Below, piece by piece: positions 17,441 through 26,976 of a DNA stretch of 61,029 nt. The position numbers and the translations under genes are program-made. Every line of letters begins with the position of its first letter. Position 1 is the first letter of the stretch. Below the pieces are notes generated by a model. The model did no database searches and was not told the origin of the DNA. It saw nothing but the letters and a program-made list of their open reading frames with translations. The DNA is from a virus (taxonomy: Duplodnaviria; Caudoviricetes), in IMG/VR virus record IMGVR_UViG_3300045257_000102, positions 1 to 61,029 of that record; one strand, 5' to 3'.

Positions 17441-18432
17441 AACTCGCCTACGAAACGCTCGAAAGCAGATTGATGCTCTCACACCACCACCATCACCCGC
17501 ACCCGCCGATTCCACAGCCGCCTCCGGTTGTGCCGCCGCCGATCGTCTCGCCGCCTGTGGTGCCGCCCGTGACGATTGGCGCTAAGCCCATGGGCTATCA
17601 GACGTTCTATCAAGCTGGAGCGGACGCGAACGCGGGATTGCATTCGACGCAGGCTTACTACAGGTACGATTGGAATACCGTTGAGAGTGCGCCGGGAGTA
17701 TTTCAATTCGGCGCGATGGATGCCGACTACAATGCGGCGGTTAAGGCTGGCCAGAAGTTCAACTTCCGCATAATGCCATTCGAGGATGGGAATACTGGCC
17801 CAATTGGGCTTGTCTCGCTCGGCGGAAACTGGGTCACTTTTCAAGGCGTTAAAACATGGCAGCCCGACCTCAATTTGTCCGCCGTACAAGCCGACCTGGA
17901 TTTGTTGCTGAAATCTCTTGGAAGCAGATACGCAACGCAAACGGCGACGGTAGACATCGGCTGGTGGGGACCGTACGGCGAGTGGTCGAATTACGGGATG
18001 CCCGCACCCCCACCGCTGCCGACAATCTCGACTATGAAGTGGCTTATTGGTGAAACGCAAAGGTATTTCCCTAATTCAATTGCGGTCACGCAAGCCGTGG
18101 TGGATTACGAATGGGGAACTACTGGCTATCTCAACGCAGCAATGGCTGCTGGATGCTGGCAGCGCATGGATAGTTGGGGCAAAGCCGACTCGTGGGACAT
18201 GCAGGCCGACAAAGCGGTCTTAAACGCCATGCAGCAGTCTCCGTACTGGACAAAGATTTGCACGATTGGCGAACCATTCGATACGAACTCATGGTCTGCG
18301 GCTGATTGGCAGTCGGCAGTCGCGTTCGCCAAGTCGGCCAGAATGGCTCTCTGGTCTACCAAGGGGAACGCAATCCCGCCCAGCGAAATGTCGCTGGTTG
18401 AGCAATTGATCGCGTTTGAGAAGACGTTATGA
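17437..18432 (+). CDS. exported clan GH-A-like glycoside hydrolase (DUF4832/GH42-like) with Planctomycete extracellular motif
   Basis: LAYETLESRLML N-terminus, His/Pro linker, YYRYDW..VE..PG.F.F, FRIMP, DIGWWGPYGEW. Confidence 0.75.
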   Translation: MKLAYETLESRLMLSHHHHHPHPPIPQPPPVVPPPIVSPPVVPPVTIGAKPMGYQTFYQAGADANAGLHSTQAYYRYDWNTVESAPGVFQFGAMDADYNAAVKAGQKFNFRIMPFEDGNTGPIGLVSLGGNWVTFQGVKTWQPDLNLSAVQADLDLLLKSLGSRYATQTATVDIGWWGPYGEWSNYGMPAPPPLPTISTMKWLIGETQRYFPNSIAVTQAVVDYEWGTTGYLNAAMAAGCWQRMDSWGKADSWDMQADKAVLNAMQQSPYWTKICTIGEPFDTNSWSAADWQSAVAFAKSARMALWSTKGNAIPPSEMSLVEQLIAFEKTL

Positions 18433-18863
18433 ACGGCTGCCCATTACATGGCGATGCGTGGTGTACGTGCAAGAAAGACCGCGATCCGACACCAGAAGAG
18501 ATTGCATTAGCCGGTGCGCGGCTCGCGGCGGCGATTCGGATTCTTGAGGGCTTTTCGGAAGACACGGAAGCTGACAGACAAAGACGGCTTGAACAGGCGC
18601 GGCTCGCCGACGATGCGCGTCATAGAGGGCCATTGCTATGACCAAGAAGTACAAATATTTCGTTGTTGAGGACATTCCAGAGGATGATTGCGTAATCTAT
18701 TCGGCTATGTCAATCCGAGAAGCAAAACGACTCCGGGTGAAATTAGCATATGAGGATCGCGATGGTCCGGCGCTTGGCATTACGAAATGGAATGGAACTA
18801 TCGAAGACTTTGAAAACCGCGCAGTATTGCGGGCGAAAAATCCAAAACCTATAGGAATCTGAT

Positions 18864-19118
18864 ATGCACTATCGAAACGGCCGCGAGGCCAAGAATGGCG
18901 ACAAAGTAGTTCAACTCATGGCTTGGGGTGAACCAATGATTACCGCAGTCGGTATTTTGCACGATGCGAAGCCCGGCAACGACCTTTGTAATGGCAGCAT
19001 CGCCCCGACGACTTCGGCCGGTGTCACCGGGGCTTGCCTGTGCGACTGCCTCCATGCTGACGACTTGGCGGCACTGCTCAAGGAAAAGGGACTCGATAAA
19101 CGGCCTGCTGGAAAGTAA
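18864..19118 (+). CDS. conserved phage hypothetical protein
   Basis: MHYRNGREAKNGDKVV...CNG...CDCLH. Confidence 0.7.
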   Translation: MHYRNGREAKNGDKVVQLMAWGEPMITAVGILHDAKPGNDLCNGSIAPTTSAGVTGACLCDCLHADDLAALLKEKGLDKRPAGK

Positions 19119-19178
19119 CGCCCCTGGTCGATCAACTGCTGGCGTTTGAGAAAACCCTGTAACGGAGGAGATTCACCG

Positions 19179-19862
19179 ATGAGAAACTTTGCCCTATTGC
19201 TGGTTGTCACGATGGCCTCGATGACGCTTATAGCGGCTGATGCGCCGCACGGCGGACAATCCACCATTCCGCCGCAAGGTCATGTTGTGCAACCCGGCCC
19301 AGCGGTCCATGCGCTTCCCGGTCCTGTCACGCCGGAGCAGCCACACCTAGCGCCGGCCGGACCACCCCATGTCGAACCGCACTTTCGCCCTGAATTATCC
19401 CGAGAATCGACACGCGAAGTCCCTCACAAGTCGAGTAGCGAAGTGATTCGGGAATCGAGTCGAGAATTCTCTCATTCCGCGATCCGACCGGGCGATATTG
19501 GCCGCGCTCGGATGCGCTGGGATGGCGCGCGTTGGTGGAATCTGTCCTTGGGCAATGCCTGGTCCTACTACGACGGAGCCGCTTGGGTTGCCTACCAGCC
19601 GGGAGTCGTTGAGTTTGCGCCGCCGCTTTTGGTTCAAGAGGATGCCGTTGAACAACCCGCAGTTGTCGAGCAAGCTCCGGCGATTGTGCAACCGCTGGTC
19701 GTGCCGCAAGGCTACCAGTATTACGACTCTCACTGGTGGTATCAATCGAACGGCGCATGGGTCGTTCACAACGGTAGTGCGTGGGTTGCGCCGCGAGCGT
19801 TCTATAGCGGCAGATCGTACTTTTACGAGCGGCCGGGCGTTCGTATTTCGATCGGGAGGTAG
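19179..19862 (+). CDS. secreted Pro/His-rich protein with two Trp/Tyr-rich modules
   Basis: signal peptide MRNFALLLVV..., ggaggag RBS, duplicated WW..W..W.. module. Confidence 0.7.
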   Translation: MRNFALLLVVTMASMTLIAADAPHGGQSTIPPQGHVVQPGPAVHALPGPVTPEQPHLAPAGPPHVEPHFRPELSRESTREVPHKSSSEVIRESSREFSHSAIRPGDIGRARMRWDGARWWNLSLGNAWSYYDGAAWVAYQPGVVEFAPPLLVQEDAVEQPAVVEQAPAIVQPLVVPQGYQYYDSHWWYQSNGAWVVHNGSAWVAPRAFYSGRSYFYERPGVRISIGR

Positions 19863-19866
19863 GGCT

Positions 19867-20946
19867 ATGAGCCATCGCATCTATCGAGCCATGAACGATG
19901 TGCTTTCGCTTCTGCTCATCTTTGCGCTGGCGTTCATGCTTGGCCTTGGACTCGCCACGTTCGTTCGTGGGCAGGAAGTCCAAACCGCCGACATTGACGC
20001 TAACCCGACGCCGGAGCAACTGGCGCTGGGCAACATGCTGATTCACGAGAAGCACTTAAGCACGACCGGCGAGAAGTCGTGCATCAGTTGTCACGATCCG
20101 GGCCGCGCCTTTACCGACGGTTTCGCGGCTTCAACCGGCGTCAATCGACAAGTCGGCACGCGAACGTCAATGACGATGGAGGACGCCGTATTCAAGCCGG
20201 ACATCTTTTGGGACGGCCGGGCAAGGTTCCTCGAAGGACAGGCTACGCAGCCGATCGTCGCCGCGAAGGAGATGGGCCAGCAGACGTTGCAACAGGCGTT
20301 CAATCGCATCGCCCAGAGCCAAGGCTACCAGGGGGCCTTCGAACGTGCTTTCGGCCGCGGCGTGAACGTCCAGGACGGCATCCGAGCTATCGCCATGATT
20401 GAACGCACGATTGTCCACGGCGAAGCGCCGATCGACCGCTACGAGAAAGGCGAACATTGGGTATTCAACGCGGAGCAGAATCGCGGCCGGGAAATCTTTT
20501 TCGGCAGCGGGAAATGCACGCAATGCCATTTCGGGCCGTCGCTCAGCGACCACGAATTCCACGTCGTACTCGGACGGACGCAAGATCGTAACGGCCAGCT
20601 TGACAGAGGCCGGGGAGCAATCACGAATCGCCGTGAAGACAATTTCAAGTTCGCGACACCTACCTTGCGGGACATCGGCAAGCGTGGGCCGTTCTTCCAT
20701 GCCGGGCAGGCACGCGACCTAGATGGCGTTGTGGACCTGCTCGATAACCCGCCGCAAGGGAGCGAACTGAGGCGGCTTAACTTGTCGGACGACGACAAAA
20801 AGGCGCTCGTCACGTTCCTTTCAACGGCGTTTGAGTCGTATGTGGCTCCGACGCTGGCGGAAGTCAGTTTGCCGAACGATTTTCCAGGAGAACAGAGACA
20901 AGCAAGGGGGCAGCAACGGAACCAGGGACAACGGAGGCAGCGATAA
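19867..20946 (+). CDS. di-heme cytochrome c peroxidase / MauG family protein
   Basis: signal/TM, CISCH and CTQCH, FWDGRA, EMG, TPTLR, PFFHAG. Confidence 0.93.
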   Translation: MSHRIYRAMNDVLSLLLIFALAFMLGLGLATFVRGQEVQTADIDANPTPEQLALGNMLIHEKHLSTTGEKSCISCHDPGRAFTDGFAASTGVNRQVGTRTSMTMEDAVFKPDIFWDGRARFLEGQATQPIVAAKEMGQQTLQQAFNRIAQSQGYQGAFERAFGRGVNVQDGIRAIAMIERTIVHGEAPIDRYEKGEHWVFNAEQNRGREIFFGSGKCTQCHFGPSLSDHEFHVVLGRTQDRNGQLDRGRGAITNRREDNFKFATPTLRDIGKRGPFFHAGQARDLDGVVDLLDNPPQGSELRRLNLSDDDKKALVTFLSTAFESYVAPTLAEVSLPNDFPGEQRQARGQQRNQGQRRQR

Positions 20947-20975
20947 CCCAATCCTTTTGTCAGGAGACCCAGACA

Positions 20976-21191
20976 ATGGCAGTTCCAAAAGTTGACGGCA
21001 TTTTATCATTGTACGACACGCACCGCGACAACATGGAGAAGCAAGCCCAGCGAGTGCGGGAATTGAACAAAAAGCACACTTCGCAGCAGGAAGAACTCAC
21101 GGCCACAGAGACAGAGATTACCGAGGGGTGCCGCAAACTCACGGCGCTCCTCAATTGCGCACCGCAAGGCGTAACGAGTTCCAGCCCGTAA
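20976..21191 (+). CDS. small coiled-coil protein
   Basis: aggag RBS; TAATG coupling. Confidence 0.5.
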   Translation: MAVPKVDGILSLYDTHRDNMEKQAQRVRELNKKHTSQQEELTATETEITEGCRKLTALLNCAPQGVTSSSP

Positions 21192-22318
21192 TGACCGCAG
21201 ACCGGCTTAACACGATTGACGATTGCTACCGGCAATGGCAGGGCCGCTTCGCTCTGCCTGCGCCGGTTCGTCGGCGGGGACGTACCGTCCTAATCATCTG
21301 CGGGATTGGGCTGGTTTGTACCACGGCGATTGTGCTTGCGGCTGGCCCGACTCCGTATCCCAAGGAAGCGTCCGTAATGGTGCCGGCGAAGCCAGTCGTC
21401 AAGCCGCAGCCAATTACGATTGAAATCCCCACCAAGGAACTCGCGGAAAAGATCGGCGGTCTCGGCAGCACGCTCACGGCTATTACTGATGAATTGAAAA
21501 GCGCGGCTGCGAGACCGCCCATCGAACATGTTGCTCAGGCGACACCGCCGCCAGCACCCGTGGAGGATAAGGGACCGCCGCCGGGACCGGACAAGCCACA
21601 GCAGCCAGTTAAGTTTTTTCCAGGGCCCGCATCAGTCGCTCAGCCGGTTGATCCGGTCATTCGCGTCGAAGCGCCGACAAGTCGCCCGCTCGGAAAGATC
21701 ATCGTAGTTCGCTGCTCGCAATCCATGAACGTCCAGAAAATGCTTGTGGACATCGAGCCGGCGATCCCGGTCGATGACGTGTATCAAAGCGATGACGGCA
21801 AGGATTTTGTGTTCAGCGTGCCGGACGAGGGGACGTGGACAGTTCGCGTTACGGCCAGTAGCCCTACCGGCGGCCTGGATCGCGTTGTGCGGCAGGTGAC
21901 AGTCGGAGAAGGGGTGGCCGGTTCGGCATCATCGAGACAGGTTGCAACTGTCCGCAGTACTGAATTCGGGCCGACGGATTATGTCAAATGGATTAGCCGG
22001 AACGCCAACCTGATTAAAAGCCCGAACCGCAAAGGCGACTTGGCAGCCTTGGCAGGGGCCTACAAAGCCGCTGAGACGTTGATTCGCACGAATGGCATTA
22101 GATCGGTTGACGAACTCGGACGCTTCGTAGACGGGCAGGCTGACGCTGCGTTGGGGCTTTACCCCGACGGTCGCGCTGGCCCTGAGATGGAAGCGTGCGT
22201 AGAGTTTCGCAATGCGTTGAATCTACTGACAAAGAATGACTTCCGCTTCCACGATTTGGCCGGCGTGGGATCGGGTCTGAATGAGATTGTTTCCGGCTTA
22301 CTGAAAGCATCGAGGTAA
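21191..22318 (+). CDS. membrane-anchored Pro-rich protein with Ig-like segment and helical C-domain
   Basis: TM after RRRGR, Pro-rich linker, FVFS...GTWTVRV. Confidence 0.65.
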   Translation: MTADRLNTIDDCYRQWQGRFALPAPVRRRGRTVLIICGIGLVCTTAIVLAAGPTPYPKEASVMVPAKPVVKPQPITIEIPTKELAEKIGGLGSTLTAITDELKSAAARPPIEHVAQATPPPAPVEDKGPPPGPDKPQQPVKFFPGPASVAQPVDPVIRVEAPTSRPLGKIIVVRCSQSMNVQKMLVDIEPAIPVDDVYQSDDGKDFVFSVPDEGTWTVRVTASSPTGGLDRVVRQVTVGEGVAGSASSRQVATVRSTEFGPTDYVKWISRNANLIKSPNRKGDLAALAGAYKAAETLIRTNGIRSVDELGRFVDGQADAALGLYPDGRAGPEMEACVEFRNALNLLTKNDFRFHDLAGVGSGLNEIVSGLLKASR

Positions 22319-22330
22319 GGAGTACGGGTT

Positions 22331-22651
22331 ATGAAGAGGATCGTTTATGGATTGTTGCTCGCGTCTTTGTTGATCGTTCCGTCGTCCGCCAAGGCCAGCG
22401 AGGCAACCGACGCCGCGATTCTGGCGCAGTTGAAGGCCCTGAATGACACGATCGTTACGCTCAACATGCGCAGCGAGGCGTTCAGTTCGCGGCTGGACAA
22501 GATCGAGAAGGGACAGCAGACGGCCGCGACGAATCAGGTTCGCACGGCGTTGAACCGCGTCCCGCAGCCGAATAACTCGGCCAGCCTGAATCAGGCGCTG
22601 AATCAGACTCAGGGGCAATGTGCCTCGGGCAAGTGCGGCCAGAGCCGCTAG
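22331..22651 (+). CDS. secreted coiled-coil protein with C-terminal CxxGxC
   Basis: signal peptide; CASGKC end; aaggag RBS. Confidence 0.7.
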   Translation: MKRIVYGLLLASLLIVPSSAKASEATDAAILAQLKALNDTIVTLNMRSEAFSSRLDKIEKGQQTAATNQVRTALNRVPQPNNSASLNQALNQTQGQCASGKCGQSR

Positions 22652-22695
22652 TTAGAACACAGTAACCACACTGTAAATCATTGAAAGGAGTTTCT

Positions 22696-23340
22696 ATGTA
22701 CAAGCATGTTCTAGCGACGATCTTCGGTCGTCGCCATCACGGGGGCGGCCACTGCGGCGCTCTCATCGCAGCCGTCGCGATTCTGACGGCCGGCACGTCT
22801 GACGCTTGTAATTGCGGTAGCAAGGCAGCGGTTGCGGTCGCTCCAGCGGCTACGGCTGTTTGTGCCCATGCGGTCACGATGACCGTCGTGCAGCCGATGG
22901 TCGTTCAGAGGCTCGTGACCGTCATGCAGCCGATGTTCGTTCAGGCCTTTCAACCGGCGACTGTCGCCTGTGCGCCAGCGGTTGTGCAGCAACAGGCCGT
23001 AGTTCAACAGCAAGCGGTTGTCCAGGCTCCGGCCATTGCTCAGAGCGTCGTTGCTCCGCCGGAACCGCCTCAGTCCTTCACTGGCCCTCCGGCGGCGCCT
23101 ATGGCCGTCCAGGGCGTTCAGACGGAGGCGGTTGCGACTGAAGCCGTGGGATTGGCGACCGTCGAAGCTCGCAAGCTGGGATTCTTTGAGCGATTCCGTC
23201 TCGCTCGCGAGGAGCGAAAGGCGCTCAAGGAATCGGTCGTGCTGGTTCCGGCACAGCAGCAAGTTGCTGTAGTCCAGCAGCAAGCGGTTGTCAGCCAAGC
23301 CGTCACGGTCAGGAGCCGAATGCGGCTGCGTTGTTTGTAA
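22696..23340 (+). CDS. secreted low-complexity Val/Gln/Ala-rich protein
   Basis: signal-like N-terminus ending SDA/CNCG; VVQQQA repeats; aaggag RBS. Confidence 0.65.
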   Translation: MYKHVLATIFGRRHHGGGHCGALIAAVAILTAGTSDACNCGSKAAVAVAPAATAVCAHAVTMTVVQPMVVQRLVTVMQPMFVQAFQPATVACAPAVVQQQAVVQQQAVVQAPAIAQSVVAPPEPPQSFTGPPAAPMAVQGVQTEAVATEAVGLATVEARKLGFFERFRLAREERKALKESVVLVPAQQQVAVVQQQAVVSQAVTVRSRMRLRCL

Positions 23341-23379
23341 GTGTCTGCCGTTCCTCCCCCACGGACGGCCTTCCGTTGG

Positions 23380-23419
23380 GCCGGTCGCCGGCTACTGGGT
23401 CGGTCGGCGGCCGGCTTTT
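23380..23419 (+). terminator. intrinsic terminator
   Basis: gccggtcgccggct/ggtcggcggccggc stem followed by tttt. Confidence 0.65.
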
Positions 23420-23753
23420 AAGGAGAGACCATGATTCGCTACTGGAGCGGGAAAAAGTGCGCGATGATTGCAGAGGGAGAGAATGTATCAATTATTCGAG
23501 ACTGCGCGTGGCCTCAGTTTATTCCGTCCGAAGAAATCAGAATCGGCGATCTCGGCATATCACAACCAGAAAACTTCCCAGAAATTGATCGTAAAGAATT
23601 GGCGACTCTTTACCCAATTACAAGGGTCGAACGAATTTGATGAATCGCGTTCCGAGCTTGTGGCTTGCGAAGCGCATCGGCCGCCGATTATCCCGTCGGG
23701 TGGTCTGGTGGCCGATGCTTTGATAAACCGGCACGCGCTTTTTGAGGAGCAGA

Positions 23754-24124
23754 TGATGAGCGACGAACATTCGCGGGTGCGACGAACTTGCTTCGCCTGT
23801 AACAAGGAACTGTTCTCGTCGTTCGAGAAAGGCGAGTCGCCAATGGAGTTCAGCGATCCGCCGGATAACGCCGTTTGTTGGCACACAAGCGGGAACTGGG
23901 GAAGCCGGACGATGGATTCAAGTCCCTATGAACCGCATTACGAAATCTCGATTTGCGACGATTGTATTATCGAGCGTGGAGACAGGATCATCGTCTATGA
24001 ACGGATGGCACCAAGCCAACACCATACAAGCGTCTTGGGAACTTTCCACAAGCACGAAGAGACTTCGCTGACTCGGGCGATGCGTGATTTGTGTGCCGAA
24101 AAGAAAACGTCACAGCAGCGATAA
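23754..24124 (+). CDS. hypothetical Zn-binding protein
   Basis: CFAC...GNWGS...ICDDC; gaggag RBS. Confidence 0.6.
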
Positions 24125-24507
24125 ACCGGGCCGCGCAAGACGCGCGGTAAAGGATGACGGAGAAGATTGGCCAAGGAGGCGTTCGACTGATCGCGGTGGG
24201 CCTTCAGTCGAACGCCAGTTTTGTACGGAGGCGGTTATGGACGTTAGCACGCTTAACGAAGCGTTTCTCATCGAAGTCGGGCGGGCGGTCATGGATTTAA
24301 ACGAGTGGCGCCGCCGTGGAGATGATCGCGAGTTTTCCCTGATGACCGACCCCAACGATAACAATCTAGTCGAGTGCAACTTGATGGAAGGCACTCGGCA
24401 CGAATGGGCGATCGAGGGGAAAATTCACAACGGCAAAACGCTAGAGACGGTTTACGACGTGCTCAAAGCGGCGCAGGAAAAATGGAACAGAGGCAAAGAG
24501 CAGGCCG

Positions 24508-25026
24508 ATGGATGACAACCCCTCGCCACGAGTATCGTGCGGTCATACCGTCGGCACCCTCTTCGATTTAATGGATGAGCGCGAACGCTTCCAAATGGAG
24601 CGTATCGGAAAGCTGGAAGCGGTTGGAACCGAACGCGATTTGCGATACAAGGAGAAGTTCGACGCCCAAGAAAAAGCCGTCAAGATTTCCTTCGATTCGT
24701 CTGAAAAAGCTGTGCAGAAAGCCGAGGACGCCCAGAAGGAATACAACGTCCGAAGCAATGAATTCCGCTCCGCGTTGGACGACCAACAGAAAACATTGCT
24801 GACTCGGAACGAGGCTGACACGCGATTTACACAGATTCGTGAACTGGTCGATGCGCAAGGCGCGATGATTGGCACGATTCAGAATGTGCTTAGTCGGACG
24901 GAGGGAATAGCCAGGACAATAGATGGCGGCAAGGCAAATAACCTCGTTGTGTTTGCTCTGTTGGCGACTTTGGCTTTAGTAGTGATCGAAGGCGTGGGGT
25001 TGTTGTTTGTGATTTTGAGGCATTAG
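24508..25026 (+). CDS. coiled-coil protein with C-terminal TM (holin-accessory-like)
   Basis: AVQKAE.AQ...NEFR.AL.DQ, hydrophobic C-terminus. Confidence 0.65.
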   Translation: MDDNPSPRVSCGHTVGTLFDLMDERERFQMERIGKLEAVGTERDLRYKEKFDAQEKAVKISFDSSEKAVQKAEDAQKEYNVRSNEFRSALDDQQKTLLTRNEADTRFTQIRELVDAQGAMIGTIQNVLSRTEGIARTIDGGKANNLVVFALLATLALVVIEGVGLLFVILRH

Positions 25027-25039
25027 AAAGGCGGCGGTT

Positions 25040-25279
25040 ATGTTATTGCGTCGAGCATTATTCGGACTCATTTCCCTGTCTGGAGTCGTCCAGTTGATGG
25101 TCTATCTGATCGTTGCCGGGCTGATCTTCTGGCTGTTGTACTTCCTCGTGAATTACATCAACCCACCGGAACCGTTCAAGAAGATTGCGATGGTGATCCT
25201 CATGGTCTGTGCGGTTCTCATTTGCATCGGCGTGCTGCTGAGTTTCGCGGGCGTCAACGTCGTACAGTTTGGACCGTAG
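25040..25279 (+). CDS. two-TM membrane protein (Thivi_2564-like; holin candidate)
   Basis: LIVAGLIFWLL...PEPFKKIA..IL two-helix pattern. Confidence 0.7.
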   Translation: MLLRRALFGLISLSGVVQLMVYLIVAGLIFWLLYFLVNYINPPEPFKKIAMVILMVCAVLICIGVLLSFAGVNVVQFGP

Positions 25280-25746
25280 CAAAAATGATTGTGACGTTCC
25301 TTTCCGCCGATGGCTTAGACAACCTCGTAAAAGCTACCGGCTTTGATCTATCGAACGCTACCTACGAGTATAAGTATTCCTGGTTGCTCGAACGGATCGG
25401 GATGCTCCGAAAAGATTCGGAAGCGGCGGCAATCCTCCATGACAATCCCGACAAACAGGATTTAATATCCGTCATCCAAAAAGAGCGGGAGTGGAGTCGA
25501 AAGCTTCAAGAAACCATCAACGCCTTGCAAACTCGATGAGAGAGTATCCGATGATTGACGACTTGGATTGGGGCAAAGCAAAGGATCACTTCGATGAGGT
25601 TCGCGAGATGTATCAAGAGCTTGAGGGAGCGCCCGGAGTTAATACGACCTTTGCCCTACGAATGGTTTTTGATCCACTCGCTGTTCGATACAACGCTGGC
25701 GAACGGACATCCGACCTTCATAGAGAAATGATGTCAGTCGAATGAC

Positions 25747-26133
25747 ATGGGCGAAGAACACACAGCCCGAGAGTGGCTCGAAGCGATCTACCACCGCTTG
25801 GGCAAGGTTCAGAACAATCAGGCCATCGAGACGAACAACCAACATTTACTCGGCGACCAATTCAGCGAATTGAGGCAATTTGTGACTACAGAAATGCAGC
25901 AACTAAAAGACCTCATCGTCAAGATTCGCGACGACTGCGGCACGATCCAAACGCTTCGAGCTAAGATTGTCGCGCTTGAAGCTCAGCTTGCCAACACAGA
26001 CGCACCTGCCGACGTGCAAGCCCGGATCGACGAACTCAAGCAGATTGACAATTTGATCCTGGCTGCGGAGGGCGGCGGGACCGTCGCAGGAATACAGATC
26101 GAACACGGAACACCAACAGAGCGCACCCAATAG
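25747..26133 (+). CDS. coiled-coil protein
   Basis: heptad pattern. Confidence 0.55.
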   Translation: MGEEHTAREWLEAIYHRLGKVQNNQAIETNNQHLLGDQFSELRQFVTTEMQQLKDLIVKIRDDCGTIQTLRAKIVALEAQLANTDAPADVQARIDELKQIDNLILAAEGGGTVAGIQIEHGTPTERTQ

Positions 26134-26211
26134 GAGAAGAGACGATTCGGCAGTTTGTTCCGCGCGGCACTTCGCCACGCGGGTTGTTTTCTTTTGCAAA
26201 GGAATCTTGTT

Positions 26212-26631
26212 ATGGCAACAGTAAAAACCGTCAAGGCAAGTGCAATGAAGGCGCGGGCCTCGGGCCAAAAGGCCGGTAAGGCATCCGATTTCCTCTTGGC
26301 ACTTCCTGACAATGTGGACGATCCCGTTACGGTCGTCGTCGTCGATATGGCTGGAGTCGCTATCACCGATCCAGCCGTATTGGCGAACGTGACGTTGACC
26401 GCCGTTTCGGCCGATCCGACCAAGGCAACAGTTGATACGATCGTCGGATTGACGGCGATCGAGCACCTGCTTGCTCCGACCGATCCAGCGACGCCTGTCG
26501 TGGTCAGCTTCACGGCGACTTGGAGCGATTCAAGTTTCGGGCCGTTCACGATTGACGATCCGCTCAATATCACGACCAGTGGCCCCGGCGGCTTGGCTGT
26601 GAATCACGGTCCTTCGGTCGTTCGCCCGTAA
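26212..26631 (+). CDS. beta-rich (Ig-like) hypothetical protein
   Basis: Val/Thr/Asp-rich; aaggaa RBS. Confidence 0.55.
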   Translation: MATVKTVKASAMKARASGQKAGKASDFLLALPDNVDDPVTVVVVDMAGVAITDPAVLANVTLTAVSADPTKATVDTIVGLTAIEHLLAPTDPATPVVVSFTATWSDSSFGPFTIDDPLNITTSGPGGLAVNHGPSVVRP

Positions 26632-26755
26632 AGTTGTCGGTGCAGGAGGTTCTTCGCACGGCAGCGCCGGGGCAACTCGGCGCTGCCCATTAAAACATAC
26701 AACTCGACCGGCGACATTCGCGGCTGATCCCCGCGGGTGAAACCAGCGCAATTAG

Positions 26756-26790
26756 GCCACGTGACTGGTCACGCAGTTACGTGGCTTTTT
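26756..26790 (+). terminator. intrinsic terminator
   Basis: gccacgtgactg/cagttacgtggc stem followed by ttttt. Confidence 0.7.
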
Positions 26791-26827
26791 CGTTGCGCTC
26801 GCCGGAGAGGATACAGCAGGAACGACC

Positions 26828-26974
26828 ATGTTCGCGATGATGTCCAACACGTTTTTGTGCCCTCGCAAGAGCGGCAGCGGCGGTGCTCCTAGCGGCAAAA
26901 GCTACGTCGCCGAAGACAACACTACGTTCTACGTTGCCGAAGACGGTACGACCTTCTACGTCCAAGAAAGCTAA
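26828..26974 (+). CDS. 48-aa protein with tandem YVAEDxTTF repeats
   Basis: translated by hand: ...SYVAEDNTTFYVAEDGTTFYVQES; stop 2 nt before the next ATG. Confidence 0.6.
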   Translation: MFAMMSNTFLCPRKSGSGGAPSGKSYVAEDNTTFYVAEDGTTFYVQES

Positions 26975-26976
26975 CA

